From: Delftia acidovorans NBRC 14950 | Lineage (GTDB): Bacteria; Pseudomonadota; Gammaproteobacteria; Burkholderiales; Burkholderiaceae_C | Assembly (NCBI RefSeq): GCF_001598795.1 | Contig: NZ_BCZP01000004.1 | Location: 311,838-343,837 of the forward strand | Length of the DNA: 32,000 bases | Direction of reading: 5' to 3' | Part shown: positions 16,586 through 26,293 of the stretch, one piece after another | Numbering within the stretch: position 1 is the stretch's first letter | How the letters are laid out: each line of letters starts with the position of its first letter | Notes under the pieces: generated by a model | The model's database searches: none | The model's input: the letters and a program-made list of their open reading frames with translations, nothing else | Told to the model about the DNA's origin: nothing | Program-made: the position numbers and the translations under genes

Positions 16586-16947
16586 GACGGGATCCCAGCC
16601 GGAAATCAAAGACCAGTTCAGCAAGAGAAACTCCAGGGCATTGCAGTGCCGGCCTGCCTGCGGCCGGCACCATGAGGCCGCGCGCGGTGGCGGCATGCCC
16701 GGGAGATGCGCATCGTTTCCTGCGCAAGCCCGGGCTGGCGATGGAGGAACGCCTGCGGCATGGCGCCGCAGAGTTGGCAAGCATACGCAGTGCGGCTTTT
16801 CCCCGTGCCACAGGCGGGCAAGCGGCCGCCGATGACGCAGTACCGCCTGCGGGCTTGTGGGCGGCTTCGGGCACGGCCGGGCCGGGGGCCTAAAATCGCC
16901 GGTTGATTCCGGCAATCCACCTTGTCAGGCCCCTGGGCCGCAGCACC

Positions 16948-19683
16948 ATGCAAGAGAAATACAACCACATCGACGTTGAGCGCGCAGCGCAAGACCACTG
17001 GTCCGCCCGCGACGCTTACCGCGTGACCGAAGACCAGGCCAAGCCCAAGTTCTACGCCTGCTCCATGCTGCCCTACCCCAGCGGCAAGCTGCACATGGGC
17101 CATGTGCGCAACTACACCATCAACGACATGCTGACGCGCCAGCTGCGCATGAAGGGCTACAACGTCCTCATGCCCATGGGCTGGGACGCCTTCGGCCTGC
17201 CGGCCGAGAACGCTGCGCTCAAGAACAAGGTGCCGCCCGCGCAGTGGACCTACGACAACATCGCCTACATGAAAAAGCAGATGCAGGCGATGGGGCTGGC
17301 CATCGACTGGAGCCGCGAGATCGCCACCTGCGACCCCGACTACTACAAGTGGAACCAGTGGCTGTTCCTGAAGATGCTGGAAAAGGGCATTGCCTACCGC
17401 AAGACCCAGGTCGTGAACTGGGACCCGGTGGACCAGACCGTGCTGGCCAACGAGCAGGTCATCGACGGCCGCGGCTGGCGCACGGGCGCGCCGGTCGAAA
17501 AGCGCGAAATCCCCGGCTACTACCTGAAGATCACCGACTACGCCCAGGAGCTGCTGGACCATGTCCAGGTGGGCGGCGACAAGGCCACGCTGACCGGCTG
17601 GCCTGAAAAAGTCCGCCTGATGCAGGAAAACTGGATCGGCAAGAGCTCCGGCGTGCGCTTTGCGTTCACCCACGACATCCGTGGCGCCGACGGCCAGCCC
17701 ATCCAGGACGGCCGCCTGTACGTGTTCACCACGCGTGCCGACACCATCATGGGCGTGACGTTCTGCGCCGTGGCGCCCGAGCATCCGCTGGCCCTGCACG
17801 CCGCCGCCACGAGCCCCAAGCTGGCCGCCTTCATCGAAGAGTGCAAGAAGGGCGGCACCACCGAGGCCGAACTCGCGGTCAAGGAAAAGGAAGGCCTGCC
17901 CACGGGCCTGTTCGTCACGCATCCGCTGACGGGCGCCCAGGTCGAGGTCTGGGTCGGCAACTACGTGCTCATGAGCTACGGCGACGGCGCCGTCATGGGC
18001 GTGCCCGCACATGACGAGCGCGACTTCGCCTTTGCGAAGAAGTACGGCATCGCCATCCGCCAGGTCATCGCGGTCGAAGGCGAGGCCTTCAGCACCGAGG
18101 CATGGGCCGACTGGTACGGCGACAAGCAGCGCGCTGTCTGCATCGAATCCGGCGAACTCGACGGCCTGCCCCATGTGGCGGCCGTGGACAAGGTGGCCGA
18201 ACTGCTGGCCGCCAAGGGCCTTGGCGAGAAGAAAACCACCTGGCGCCTGCGCGACTGGGGCGTGAGCCGCCAGCGCTACTGGGGCACGCCGATTCCCATC
18301 ATTCACTGCGAGGACTGCGGCGCCCAGCCCGTGCCCGCCAAGGACCTGCCCGTGGTCCTGCCCCAGGACCTGGTTCCCGATGGCTCGGGCAACCCCCTGA
18401 TCAAGAGCGAAGCCTTCCACGCCGGCGTGGTCTGCCCCTGCTGCGGCAAGAGCGCGCGCCGCGAGACCGACACCATGGACACCTTCGTGGACTCGTCCTG
18501 GTACTTCATGCGCTATTGCGACGCCAGGAACAGCGAGCAGATGGTGGCGGAAGGTGCCGAGTACTGGATGCGGGACCAGAATGCCGCCACCGGCGGCAGC
18601 GGCATGGACCAGTACATCGGCGGCATCGAGCACGCCATCCTGCACCTGCTGTACGCGCGCTTCTGGACCAAGGTCATGCGTGACCTGGGCCTGGTCAAGG
18701 TCGATGAGCCCTTCACCAAGCTGCTGACCCAGGGCATGGTGCTCAACCACATCTACAGCCGCCGCACGGCCAAGGGTGCCAAGGAGTACTTCTGGCCCAA
18801 GGATGTCGAGCATGTGTTCGACGAGACCGGCAAGATCGTGGGCGCCAAGCTCAAGGCCGAGGTGGACAGCGCCGATGGCCTGCTGCCCGTGGGCACGGAC
18901 ATCGACTACGAGGGCGTGGGCACCATGTCCAAGTCCAAGAACAACGGCATCGATCCGCAGGAGCTGATCGAGAAGTACGGCGCCGACACCGCGCGCCTGT
19001 ACACCATGTTCACCGCGCCGCCCGAGCTGACGCTGGAGTGGAACGATGCCGCCGTCGAAGGCAGCTACCGCTTCCTGCGCCGCGTCTACAACTTCGGCGC
19101 CAAGCTGTCGCAGATGGACATGGCCGGTGCCGTGCAAAGCGTGGCCGGCGCCAAGTCGCTGGACGACGTGGAGTTCGGCAAGGCCGCCAAGTCCCTGCGC
19201 CTGGAGATCCATACCGTGCTCAAGCAGGTGGAATACGACTACCAGCGCATGCAGTACAACACCGTGGTCTCGGGCGCCATGAAGATGATCAACGCGCTGG
19301 AGGACTTCAAGTCCTTCGACGACGCGGGCGCCCAGGTGGCGCTGATCGAAGGCTTCGGCATCCTGCTGCGCGTGCTCTACCCGGCCACGCCCCACCTGGC
19401 CCATGCGCTGTGGAGCGAGCTGGGCTACGCCGCCCACCTGGGCGACGTGCTGGATGCGCCCTGGCCCCAGGTCGATCCGCAGGCACTGGTGCAGGACGAG
19501 ATCTCTCTGGTGCTGCAGGTCAACGGCAAGCTGCGCGGGGCCATCCTGGTGTCCTCGACGGCCGACAAGGCCGAGATCGAGCGCATTGCCCTGGCCAACG
19601 AGGAATGCCAGAAGTTCACCAACGGTGCCGTGCCCAAGAAGGTGATCGTGGTGCCTGGCCGCCTGGTCAACGTCGTGGTCTAG
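16948..19683 (+). CDS. leuS: Leucine--tRNA ligase
   Basis: HMGH (HIGH motif) in [20 protein letters not shown] in [11 protein letters not shown]. The CP1 editing domain and full length match bacterial LeuS. Starts MQEKYNH at 16948. Confidence 0.97.
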   Translation: MQEKYNHIDVERAAQDHWSARDAYRVTEDQAKPKFYACSMLPYPSGKLHMGHVRNYTINDMLTRQLRMKGYNVLMPMGWDAFGLPAENAALKNKVPPAQWTYDNIAYMKKQMQAMGLAIDWSREIATCDPDYYKWNQWLFLKMLEKGIAYRKTQVVNWDPVDQTVLANEQVIDGRGWRTGAPVEKREIPGYYLKITDYAQELLDHVQVGGDKATLTGWPEKVRLMQENWIGKSSGVRFAFTHDIRGADGQPIQDGRLYVFTTRADTIMGVTFCAVAPEHPLALHAAATSPKLAAFIEECKKGGTTEAELAVKEKEGLPTGLFVTHPLTGAQVEVWVGNYVLMSYGDGAVMGVPAHDERDFAFAKKYGIAIRQVIAVEGEAFSTEAWADWYGDKQRAVCIESGELDGLPHVAAVDKVAELLAAKGLGEKKTTWRLRDWGVSRQRYWGTPIPIIHCEDCGAQPVPAKDLPVVLPQDLVPDGSGNPLIKSEAFHAGVVCPCCGKSARRETDTMDTFVDSSWYFMRYCDARNSEQMVAEGAEYWMRDQNAATGGSGMDQYIGGIEHAILHLLYARFWTKVMRDLGLVKVDEPFTKLLTQGMVLNHIYSRRTAKGAKEYFWPKDVEHVFDETGKIVGAKLKAEVDSADGLLPVGTDIDYEGVGTMSKSKNNGIDPQELIEKYGADTARLYTMFTAPPELTLEWNDAAVEGSYRFLRRVYNFGAKLSQMDMAGAVQSVAGAKSLDDVEFGKAAKSLRLEIHTVLKQVEYDYQRMQYNTVVSGAMKMINALEDFKSFDDAGAQVALIEGFGILLRVLYPATPHLAHALWSELGYAAHLGDVLDAPWPQVDPQALVQDEISLVLQVNGKLRGAILVSSTADKAEIERIALANEECQKFTNGAVPKKVIVVPGRLVNVVV

Positions 19684-19693
19684 GCCATGGCAT

Positions 19694-19800
19694 GCCCCCT
19701 GAGGCGCTGCGCGCCTTCCCCCTCTCGCTTCGCGGGGGGGACGACACCCTCGCTGCGGGGCGGCCCTTGCTCGGTGTCCCTCGCTTTGGGCGCGACCGTT
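19694..19800. repeat. GC-rich intergenic element with three CCCTCGCT-(N1-3)-GGG direct repeats and small palindromes (REP/MITE-like?)
   Basis: cccctctcgcttcgcggggggg (about 19718), caccctcgctgcgggg (about 19745) and gtccctcgctttgggcg (about 19776). Also the palindrome aggcgc-tgc-gcgcct (about 19702-19716). Non-coding, between leuS and lptE. Confidence 0.4.
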
Positions 19801-19840
19801 GCAAGGGCTGTGAGTGGCGCAAGCGCCTTGGAGAACTGAT

Positions 19841-20347
19841 ATGCAAAAACGTACCCTGCTCACCGCCCTGGCCCTGGCTCCGCTGCTGGGGGCCTGCGGC
19901 TTTCGCCTGCGGGGGGTGCCGACCTTCGTGTTCCGCTCGCTCTACATCCAGGCGGGCCGGGGCTCTCCGGTAGCGCGGGAGCTGTCGCGCAATCTGGCCA
20001 GTGCCAGCGACAAGCTGACCGTGCTGCGCGATCCGGCATCGCCCGACGATGCCGAAGCGATCTTCCAGATCGTCAGCGAGCGGCAGGAGCGGGTCATCGT
20101 CGGCATGAACGCGCTGGGCCAGGTGCGCGAGTTGCAGCTGCGCCTGCGCGTGCGCTTCAAGCTGCGCACGCCCAATGGCGACGAGCCGATTCCCGAGACC
20201 GAAATCCTGCAGCAGCGCGATGTGACGTACAACGAAACCAACGCGCTGTCCAAGGAAGCCGAGGAGGCCATGCTCTACAAGGACATGCGCACCGACATCG
20301 TGCAGCAGTTGCTGCGCCGTCTGGCCGCCGTCAAGAGCCTGACCTGA
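19841..20347 (+). CDS. lptE: LPS-assembly lipoprotein LptE
   Basis: MQKRTLLTALALAPLLGACGFRLRG carries a lipobox followed by the GF(R/H)LRG motif typical of LptE. Conserved position after leuS. GGAGAA lies 5 nt before the ATG. Confidence 0.9.
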   Translation: MQKRTLLTALALAPLLGACGFRLRGVPTFVFRSLYIQAGRGSPVARELSRNLASASDKLTVLRDPASPDDAEAIFQIVSERQERVIVGMNALGQVRELQLRLRVRFKLRTPNGDEPIPETEILQQRDVTYNETNALSKEAEEAMLYKDMRTDIVQQLLRRLAAVKSLT

Positions 20348-20352
20348 GCCCC

Positions 20353-21405
20353 ATGCAGCTTGCCCTGAACCAGCTTGGCGGCCATCTGGCCAAGGGCCTG
20401 CGCCCGCTCTATGTGCTGCACGGCGACGAGCCGCTGCAGCAGCAGGAGGCGGCCGATGCCATCCGTGCCGCCGCGCGCGCCGCGGGCTACACCGAGCGCA
20501 GCAGCTATACCGTGGCCGGCGCGCATTTCGACTGGAGCGCCGTGCTGGCGGCCGGTGGCTCGCTGTCGCTGTTCGCCGACCGGCAGATCGTCGAGATCCG
20601 CATTCCCTCGGGCAAGCCCGGCAAGGACGGCGGCGCCGCGCTGCAGCAGATCGCCGAGTCCGCGCGGGGCAATGACAGCACGCTCACCCTGGTCCTGCTG
20701 CCGCGCCTGGACAAGGCCACCAAGACGGGGGCCTGGTTCAGCGCGCTGGAGGCCCAGGGCATGACGCTGCAGATCGATCCCATTGAGCGCGCCCAGTTGC
20801 CGGCCTGGATTGCCCAGCGGCTGGCGGCCCAGGGCCAGCGAGTCGCACCCGGCGAGGAAGGGCAGCGCACGCTGCAGTTCTTTGCCGACCGCGTCGAAGG
20901 CAACCTGCTGGCCGCGCACCAGGAAATCCAGAAGCTGGCGCTGTTGCATCCCGAGGGTGAACTGAGCCAGGCCCAGGTCGAGCAGGCCGTGCTCAATGTG
21001 GCGCGCTACGACGTGTTCAAGCTGTCGGAGGCCGTGCTGGGCGGGCAGCTGGCGCGCGTCTCGCGCATGCTCGATGGCCTGCAGGCCGAAGGCACGGCCG
21101 AGGTGCTGGTGCACTGGACCCTGGCCGAGGACATCCGCGCCATCTGCCGCGTGAGGGACGCCATGGCCGCAGGCCAGCCCCTGCCGATGGCGCTGCGCGC
21201 CCAGCGCATCTGGGGCGTCAAGGAACGCTTGTTCGAGCGCCTGCTGCCGCGCATCACCGACGCCCAGGCCGCGCGCCTGCTGCAATCGGCCCACGCGGTG
21301 GACGGCATCGTCAAGGGCCTGGCCTTCGAAGGCTGGCCGCGCGACGGCTGGCAGGCCCTGCGCCGCCTGGCCGTGGACCTGGCCCAGGCCGGCGCCAAGG
21401 GCTGA
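20353..21405 (+). CDS. holA: DNA polymerase III subunit delta
   Basis: LYVLHGDEPLQQQEAADAIR, SLFADRQIVEIR, and the conserved leuS-lptE-holA order. Confidence 0.9.
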   Translation: MQLALNQLGGHLAKGLRPLYVLHGDEPLQQQEAADAIRAAARAAGYTERSSYTVAGAHFDWSAVLAAGGSLSLFADRQIVEIRIPSGKPGKDGGAALQQIAESARGNDSTLTLVLLPRLDKATKTGAWFSALEAQGMTLQIDPIERAQLPAWIAQRLAAQGQRVAPGEEGQRTLQFFADRVEGNLLAAHQEIQKLALLHPEGELSQAQVEQAVLNVARYDVFKLSEAVLGGQLARVSRMLDGLQAEGTAEVLVHWTLAEDIRAICRVRDAMAAGQPLPMALRAQRIWGVKERLFERLLPRITDAQAARLLQSAHAVDGIVKGLAFEGWPRDGWQALRRLAVDLAQAGAKG

Positions 21406-21415
21406 CGTACCGTTC

Positions 21416-21718
21416 CTAGCGCGTCTTTTCCAGCTGTGCCTGGGCCTTGGTGGCCCAGGTCTCAAGGTTGTCCAGCAGGTCCTTCTGGCTGAAGGAGCAG
21501 CTTTCCTCGCTGAACAGCGCGCTGGACTCCAATCGGTCCAACAGATTGAGCAGCACTTCGCCGTAGCGCGGCGGCAGGGCCTGCAGCAACTCCGACGAGG
21601 CCCTGGCCTGCTGTCCGAGCACGGCGGCCGACAGCTGCTGCTGTGCCAGTTGGGCGAAGCCGGCGTGCAGCTGGGCGAGCTGCTGGGCGGCGAGAAGAGT
21701 GTCGTGGCTGGTGGACAT
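21416..21718 (-). CDS. Hypothetical protein (100 aa, Gln/Leu/Ala-rich, predicted all-helical)
   Basis: This is the C-terminal 101 codons of spurious ORF 21416-23257. GC3-rich codon usage is consistent with its neighbours. AGAGG lies 9 nt before ATG 21718. It fills an otherwise empty gap between holA and proA. I recognise no family. Confidence 0.6.
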   Translation of the reverse strand: MSTSHDTLLAAQQLAQLHAGFAQLAQQQLSAAVLGQQARASSELLQALPPRYGEVLLNLLDRLESSALFSEESCSFSQKDLLDNLETWATKAQAQLEKTR

Positions 21719-21907
21719 GGCGGGAAAACCTCTGCGTACTGGGCAGCAGTGTAGGGTGGCCGCGACATCCTGCCGGCCGCCGCAACGCGGGGTTTGCCCT
21801 CTGGCGGCCGTGCGCAGACGCATCCCGGCCGCATCGCAGCCGCATGTCGGCGCGGGGCATGCCCGGTCCCGGTGCGCAAATGGGCGCAACTCGGCGAGAA
21901 TCTCGGA

Positions 21908-23188
21908 ATGAACGCGCTCAATATCGTCGAATACACCCACAACCTGGGCGTTCAGGCCAAAGTGGCCTCCGCCCAGATGGCCCGAGCCTCGGCTGCCGTC
22001 AAAAGCCGCGCCCTGCTGGCGCTGGCGCGCCTGCTGCGGGAGAACGTGGAGCCGTTGCAGACCGACAACGCCCGTGACCTCGACCGCGCCGTGGCCAACG
22101 GCCTGTCCGCTCCCATGGTGGACCGCCTGCGCCTGACGCCCAAGGTGCTTGAAACCTGTGCCCAGGGCTGCGAACAGCTGGCATCCATGGCCGACGTGAT
22201 CGGCGAGATCATCGGCATGAAGCAAATGCCCAGCGGTATCCGGGTGGGCCAGATGCGTGTGCCGATCGGCGTGTTCGGCATGATCTACGAAAGCCGCCCC
22301 AACGTGACCATCGAGGCGGCCAGCCTCAGCATCAAGAGCGGCAACGCCTGCATCCTGCGTGGCGGCTCGGAAGCCATCGACTCCAACAAGGCACTGGCCG
22401 CCCTCGTGGCCAGGGCGCTGGCCGAGGCCGGCCTGCCCGAGCACGGCGTGCAGCTGGTGCAGACCACGGACCGCGAGGCCGTGGGCCAGCTCATCGCCAT
22501 GCCCGACTACGTGGACGTCATCATCCCGCGCGGCGGCAAGGGCCTGATCGAGCGCATCAGCCGCGAGGCCAAGGTGCCCGTCATCAAGCACCTGGACGGC
22601 AATTGCCACACCTATGTCGATGATCCCTGCGACATCGCCATGGCCGTCAAGGTGGCCGACAACGCCAAGACCAACAAGTACAGCCCCTGCAACGCCAGCG
22701 AGAGCCTGCTGGTGGCGCGCGGCGTGGCCGCCGAGTTCCTGCCGCAGATCGGCGCCATCTACGCCGCCAAGGGGGTCGAGATGCGCGGCTGCCCCGAATC
22801 GCTGGCCATCCTGAAGTCCGTGGCCGGTGCCCAGCTGGCCGAGGCCACCGAGCAGGACTGGAGCGAGGAATACCTGGCGCCCATCATCAGCGTCAAGATC
22901 GTCGCGGGGGTGGACGAAGCCATCGCCCACATCAACCGCTACTCCAGCCACCACACGGATGCCATCCTCACGCGCGACCACATGCATGCCCAGCGCTTTC
23001 TGCGCGAGGTGGACTCGGCCAGCGTCATGGTCAATGCCAGCACGCGCTTTGCCGATGGCTTCGAGTACGGCCTGGGCGCGGAAATCGGCATCAGCACCGA
23101 CAAGTTCCATGCGCGCGGTCCTGTGGGCATCGAAGGTCTCACCTCGCTCAAATACGTGGTGCTGGGTGAAGGCGAAGTCCGCACCTGA
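21908..23188 (+). CDS. proA: Glutamate-5-semialdehyde dehydrogenase (gamma-glutamyl phosphate reductase)
   Basis: [45 protein letters not shown] (catalytic Cys) and [13 protein letters not shown] are ProA hallmarks. Starts at ATG 21908. Confidence 0.95.
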   Translation: MNALNIVEYTHNLGVQAKVASAQMARASAAVKSRALLALARLLRENVEPLQTDNARDLDRAVANGLSAPMVDRLRLTPKVLETCAQGCEQLASMADVIGEIIGMKQMPSGIRVGQMRVPIGVFGMIYESRPNVTIEAASLSIKSGNACILRGGSEAIDSNKALAALVARALAEAGLPEHGVQLVQTTDREAVGQLIAMPDYVDVIIPRGGKGLIERISREAKVPVIKHLDGNCHTYVDDPCDIAMAVKVADNAKTNKYSPCNASESLLVARGVAAEFLPQIGAIYAAKGVEMRGCPESLAILKSVAGAQLAEATEQDWSEEYLAPIISVKIVAGVDEAIAHINRYSSHHTDAILTRDHMHAQRFLREVDSASVMVNASTRFADGFEYGLGAEIGISTDKFHARGPVGIEGLTSLKYVVLGEGEVRT

Positions 23189-23219
23189 CCGGACCGTGCT
23201 GCGCGCCGGCAGGCACCCG

Positions 23220-23249
23220 GCCGGGACGCCCCGCGCCGGGATGCCCCGC
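23220..23249. repeat. 15-bp tandem repeat gccggga(c/t)gccccgc x2, plus a degenerate third copy
   Basis: Read directly at 23220-23234 and 23235-23249. A partial copy gccggcaccgcagc follows. Lies in the proA-trkA spacer. Confidence 0.85.
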
Positions 23250-23277
23250 GCCGGCACCGCAGCACCGCAATGAACCC

Positions 23278-24735
23278 ATGAAAATCATCATTCTTGGCGC
23301 CGGCCGTGTGGGCTACAGCGTGGCCGAAAGCCTGGTGTCCGAACGCAACGACATCACGGTGATCGACACCGATGCGCGTCGCCTGCGCGAGCTGGAGTCG
23401 CGGTTCGACCTGCGCGGCGTCGTGGGCAACGGTATCGATCCCCAGGTGCTGGCCGAGGCCGGAGCCAAGGATACGGACCTGCTGATCGCCTGCGCCGCGC
23501 TCGACGAAACCAACCTGGTGTGCTGCAAGCTGGCCCAGGTGCTGTTCGAGATTCCCACCCGCATCGCGCGCGTGCGCTCCTCGGGCTTTGGCGATGACGA
23601 GACGCTGCTGGGCAAGGAAGGCTTCGGCGTGGACCGCATCATCTGCCCCGAGGAGTCGCTGACCAACTACATCAGCAAGCTCATCGAGTTCCCCGAGGCC
23701 ATGCAGGTGCGTGCCTTCGCGGGCGGACGCGCCGCGCTGGCCTCGGTGCGTGCGCGCGACGGCGCCCCCGCCGTCGGCAAGCACATCGGCGAGCTGCGCG
23801 ACTGCATGCCCGAGTTGGCCATGCGCATCGTGGCCATCTACCGGCGTTTCCTGGAGGAGCCCGACCGCTTCGTGCGCTGCGACGGCAACACCCGCATCGA
23901 GCCCGGCGACGAGGTCTTCATCCTGGCCGCGCGCGAGCATGTGGCCGAGGTGCTGCGCGCCATCCACCAGCCCGCGGGCCGGCCTTCGCGCCCTGTCTAC
24001 CGCATCATGATCGCCGGTGGCGACCAGGTCAGCCTGCGCCTGGCGCTGCAGCTGTCGCGCGTGCCGGGCCGCTTTCACATCAAGATCATCGAGCCCGACG
24101 AGCAGCGCTGCCAGGACCTGGCCTCGCTGCTGCCGGCCGAGGTGCTGGTGCTGCACGGCGATGCCACCGACGAGGACCTGCTGGCCGATGAAAGCGTGGA
24201 GGACGTGGACCTGTTCCTGGCCCTCACCGACGACGACGAGAACAACATCATGGCCAGCCTGCTGGGCAAGCGCATGGGCGCGCGCCGCGTGCTCTCGCTG
24301 ATCACGCGGCGCGCCTATGCCGACCTGATGCACGGCACGCAGATCGACATTGCGCTGTCGCCGGCCCAGGCCATGCTCGGCGAGCTGCTGGCCTATGTGC
24401 GCCGCGGCGACGTGCAGGCCGTGCACAGCCTGCGCCGGGGCGTGGCCGAGGCGCTGGAGATCGTGGCGCGGGGCGACCGCAAGAGCTCGCGCGTGGTCGG
24501 CCGCAAGGTCGAGGACCTGCGCGTGCCCGAGGATGCGCACATCGGCCTCATCGTGCGCGGCATTCCCGAAGGCGTGCCGGCCGACGAGATCGCGGCCGGT
24601 GCCGAGCCCGAGGTCATCATCCCGCGCGGCAACACCGTGATCGAGAGCGGCGACCACGTGGTCTTCTTCCTGCCCCACAAGCGGCTGGTGCGGGACGTGG
24701 AAAACCTGTTCCGCGTCAGCGCCACCTTCTTCTGA
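23278..24735 (+). CDS. trkA: Trk system potassium uptake protein TrkA
   Basis: MKIIILGAGRVGYSVA (Rossmann GxGxxG), with a duplicated RCK N/C architecture over 485 aa. Confidence 0.95.
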   Translation: MKIIILGAGRVGYSVAESLVSERNDITVIDTDARRLRELESRFDLRGVVGNGIDPQVLAEAGAKDTDLLIACAALDETNLVCCKLAQVLFEIPTRIARVRSSGFGDDETLLGKEGFGVDRIICPEESLTNYISKLIEFPEAMQVRAFAGGRAALASVRARDGAPAVGKHIGELRDCMPELAMRIVAIYRRFLEEPDRFVRCDGNTRIEPGDEVFILAAREHVAEVLRAIHQPAGRPSRPVYRIMIAGGDQVSLRLALQLSRVPGRFHIKIIEPDEQRCQDLASLLPAEVLVLHGDATDEDLLADESVEDVDLFLALTDDDENNIMASLLGKRMGARRVLSLITRRAYADLMHGTQIDIALSPAQAMLGELLAYVRRGDVQAVHSLRRGVAEALEIVARGDRKSSRVVGRKVEDLRVPEDAHIGLIVRGIPEGVPADEIAAGAEPEVIIPRGNTVIESGDHVVFFLPHKRLVRDVENLFRVSATFF

Positions 24736-24745
24736 GCCCATACCC

Positions 24746-26212
24746 ATGCGCGACCTGTTCCCCGTCCTGCGCGTGCTTGGCATGCTCATGGTCATGTTCG
24801 CGCTGTCCATGCTGCTGCCCTTTGCCGTGTCCTGGTTTGCCGACGACGGCATCTGGCGCATCTACCCCTGGGCCATCGGCATCACGGCGGCGGCGGGGCT
24901 GTCGCTGTGGGTAGGCCTGGACCATTTCCGGCGCGAGCTGCAGCCGCGCCACGGCGTCATCCTCGTCACCCTGGTCTGGGTGGTGCTGCCGCTGTGCGCC
25001 ATGCTGCCCCTGGTGCTGGGCCTGGGCCATGTGGGCCTGAGCATCAGCTTCACCCACGCCTATTTCGAGGCCGTCTCGGGCCTGACGACGACGGGCGCCA
25101 CCGTGCTCACGGGGCTGGACGCATTGCCCGTGTCCATCAATGTCTGGCGCACCTTCCTGCAATGGCTGGGCGGCATGGGCATCCTGATCCTGGCCGTGGC
25201 CATCCTGCCGCTGCTGGGCGTGGGTGGTGCCCAGCTGTTCCGCGCCGAGGCCGCCGGCCCCATCAAGGACACCAAGCTGACGCCGCGCATGACCGAGACC
25301 GCCAAGGGCCTGTGGGGCGTCTACGGCGTGTTCTCGCTGGCCTGTGCACTGGCCTTCTGGGCCGCGGGCATGGAGCCGCTGGATGCGCTGATGCACATGT
25401 TCGCCACGGTGAGCCTGGGCGGCCTGTCCTCGCATGACGCCAGCTTCGCCTACTTCGACTCGCCGCTGATCGAGCTGATCGCCCTGGTCTTCATGCTGCT
25501 GGCCAGTTGCAACTTCGCGCTGTACTTCGTGGCCATGCGCAAGGGCCGCTGGGACGGCTTCTGGCGCGACCCCGAAATGCGCGCCACGCTGGCCGTGCTG
25601 CTGGGCGGCGGGCTCATCGTCGCGCTGCTGCTGTGGGCCAAGGGCGTGTACGGGCCTGTCGAGGCGCTGCGCTATGGCATCTTCCACGTGGTCTCGGTGG
25701 CCACGACCACGGGCTTCACCACCGTCGACTACCTGAGCTGGCCCGTCTTCGCGCCCGTGCTCATGCTGCTGCTGTCGGGCGTGGCCACCAGCGCGGGCTC
25801 CACGGGTGGCGGCATCAAGATGGTGCGCATGCTCATCCTGCTCAAGCAGGCGCGGCGCGAGCTCACGCGGCTCGTGCACCCGCGCGCCATGCAGCCCGTG
25901 CGGCTGGGCAACGGCGTGGTGGACGACCGCATGATCTTCTCGGTGCTGGCCTTCATGCTGGTCTATGGCGCCACCGTGATCACGCTCAGCATGGTGCTGC
26001 TGCTCACCGACCTGGACCCGGTGACCGCCTTTTCCGCCGTGCTGGCCAGCGTGCACTGCATGGGGCCGGGCCTGGGCGCGCTGGGGCCGAGCTCCAACTA
26101 TGCTGTGCTCACCGACTTCCAGACCTGGATCTGCACCCTGGCCATGCTGCTGGGGCGCCTGGAAATCCTCAGTTTCATGGCGCTGCTTTCCCCGGCTTTC
26201 TGGCGCCGATGA
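24746..26212 (+). CDS. trkH: Trk system potassium uptake protein TrkH
   Basis: Multi-TM protein with selectivity-filter-like repeats (SGLTTTGATV, TVSLGGLS, VATTTGFTT, TSAGSTGGGIK). Lies immediately after trkA. Confidence 0.95.
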   Translation: MRDLFPVLRVLGMLMVMFALSMLLPFAVSWFADDGIWRIYPWAIGITAAAGLSLWVGLDHFRRELQPRHGVILVTLVWVVLPLCAMLPLVLGLGHVGLSISFTHAYFEAVSGLTTTGATVLTGLDALPVSINVWRTFLQWLGGMGILILAVAILPLLGVGGAQLFRAEAAGPIKDTKLTPRMTETAKGLWGVYGVFSLACALAFWAAGMEPLDALMHMFATVSLGGLSSHDASFAYFDSPLIELIALVFMLLASCNFALYFVAMRKGRWDGFWRDPEMRATLAVLLGGGLIVALLLWAKGVYGPVEALRYGIFHVVSVATTTGFTTVDYLSWPVFAPVLMLLLSGVATSAGSTGGGIKMVRMLILLKQARRELTRLVHPRAMQPVRLGNGVVDDRMIFSVLAFMLVYGATVITLSMVLLLTDLDPVTAFSAVLASVHCMGPGLGALGPSSNYAVLTDFQTWICTLAMLLGRLEILSFMALLSPAFWRR

Positions 26213-26293
26213 TGCCGAAGAGACTAGGGAAAACACTTAGACCATGGTCCAATCTCTACAATTGCCCCCCACCGCCGTACCCAGAGGGTCTTT

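Noticed and set aside
16672-16906. Plus-strand ORFs of 73 and 66 aa in the mscS-leuS spacer.
   Set aside because: Ala/Arg/Gly/Pro-rich junk-like sequences with no family resemblance. Only the 48-codon sub-ORF has an SD, and that is mentioned under the spacer finding at low weight.
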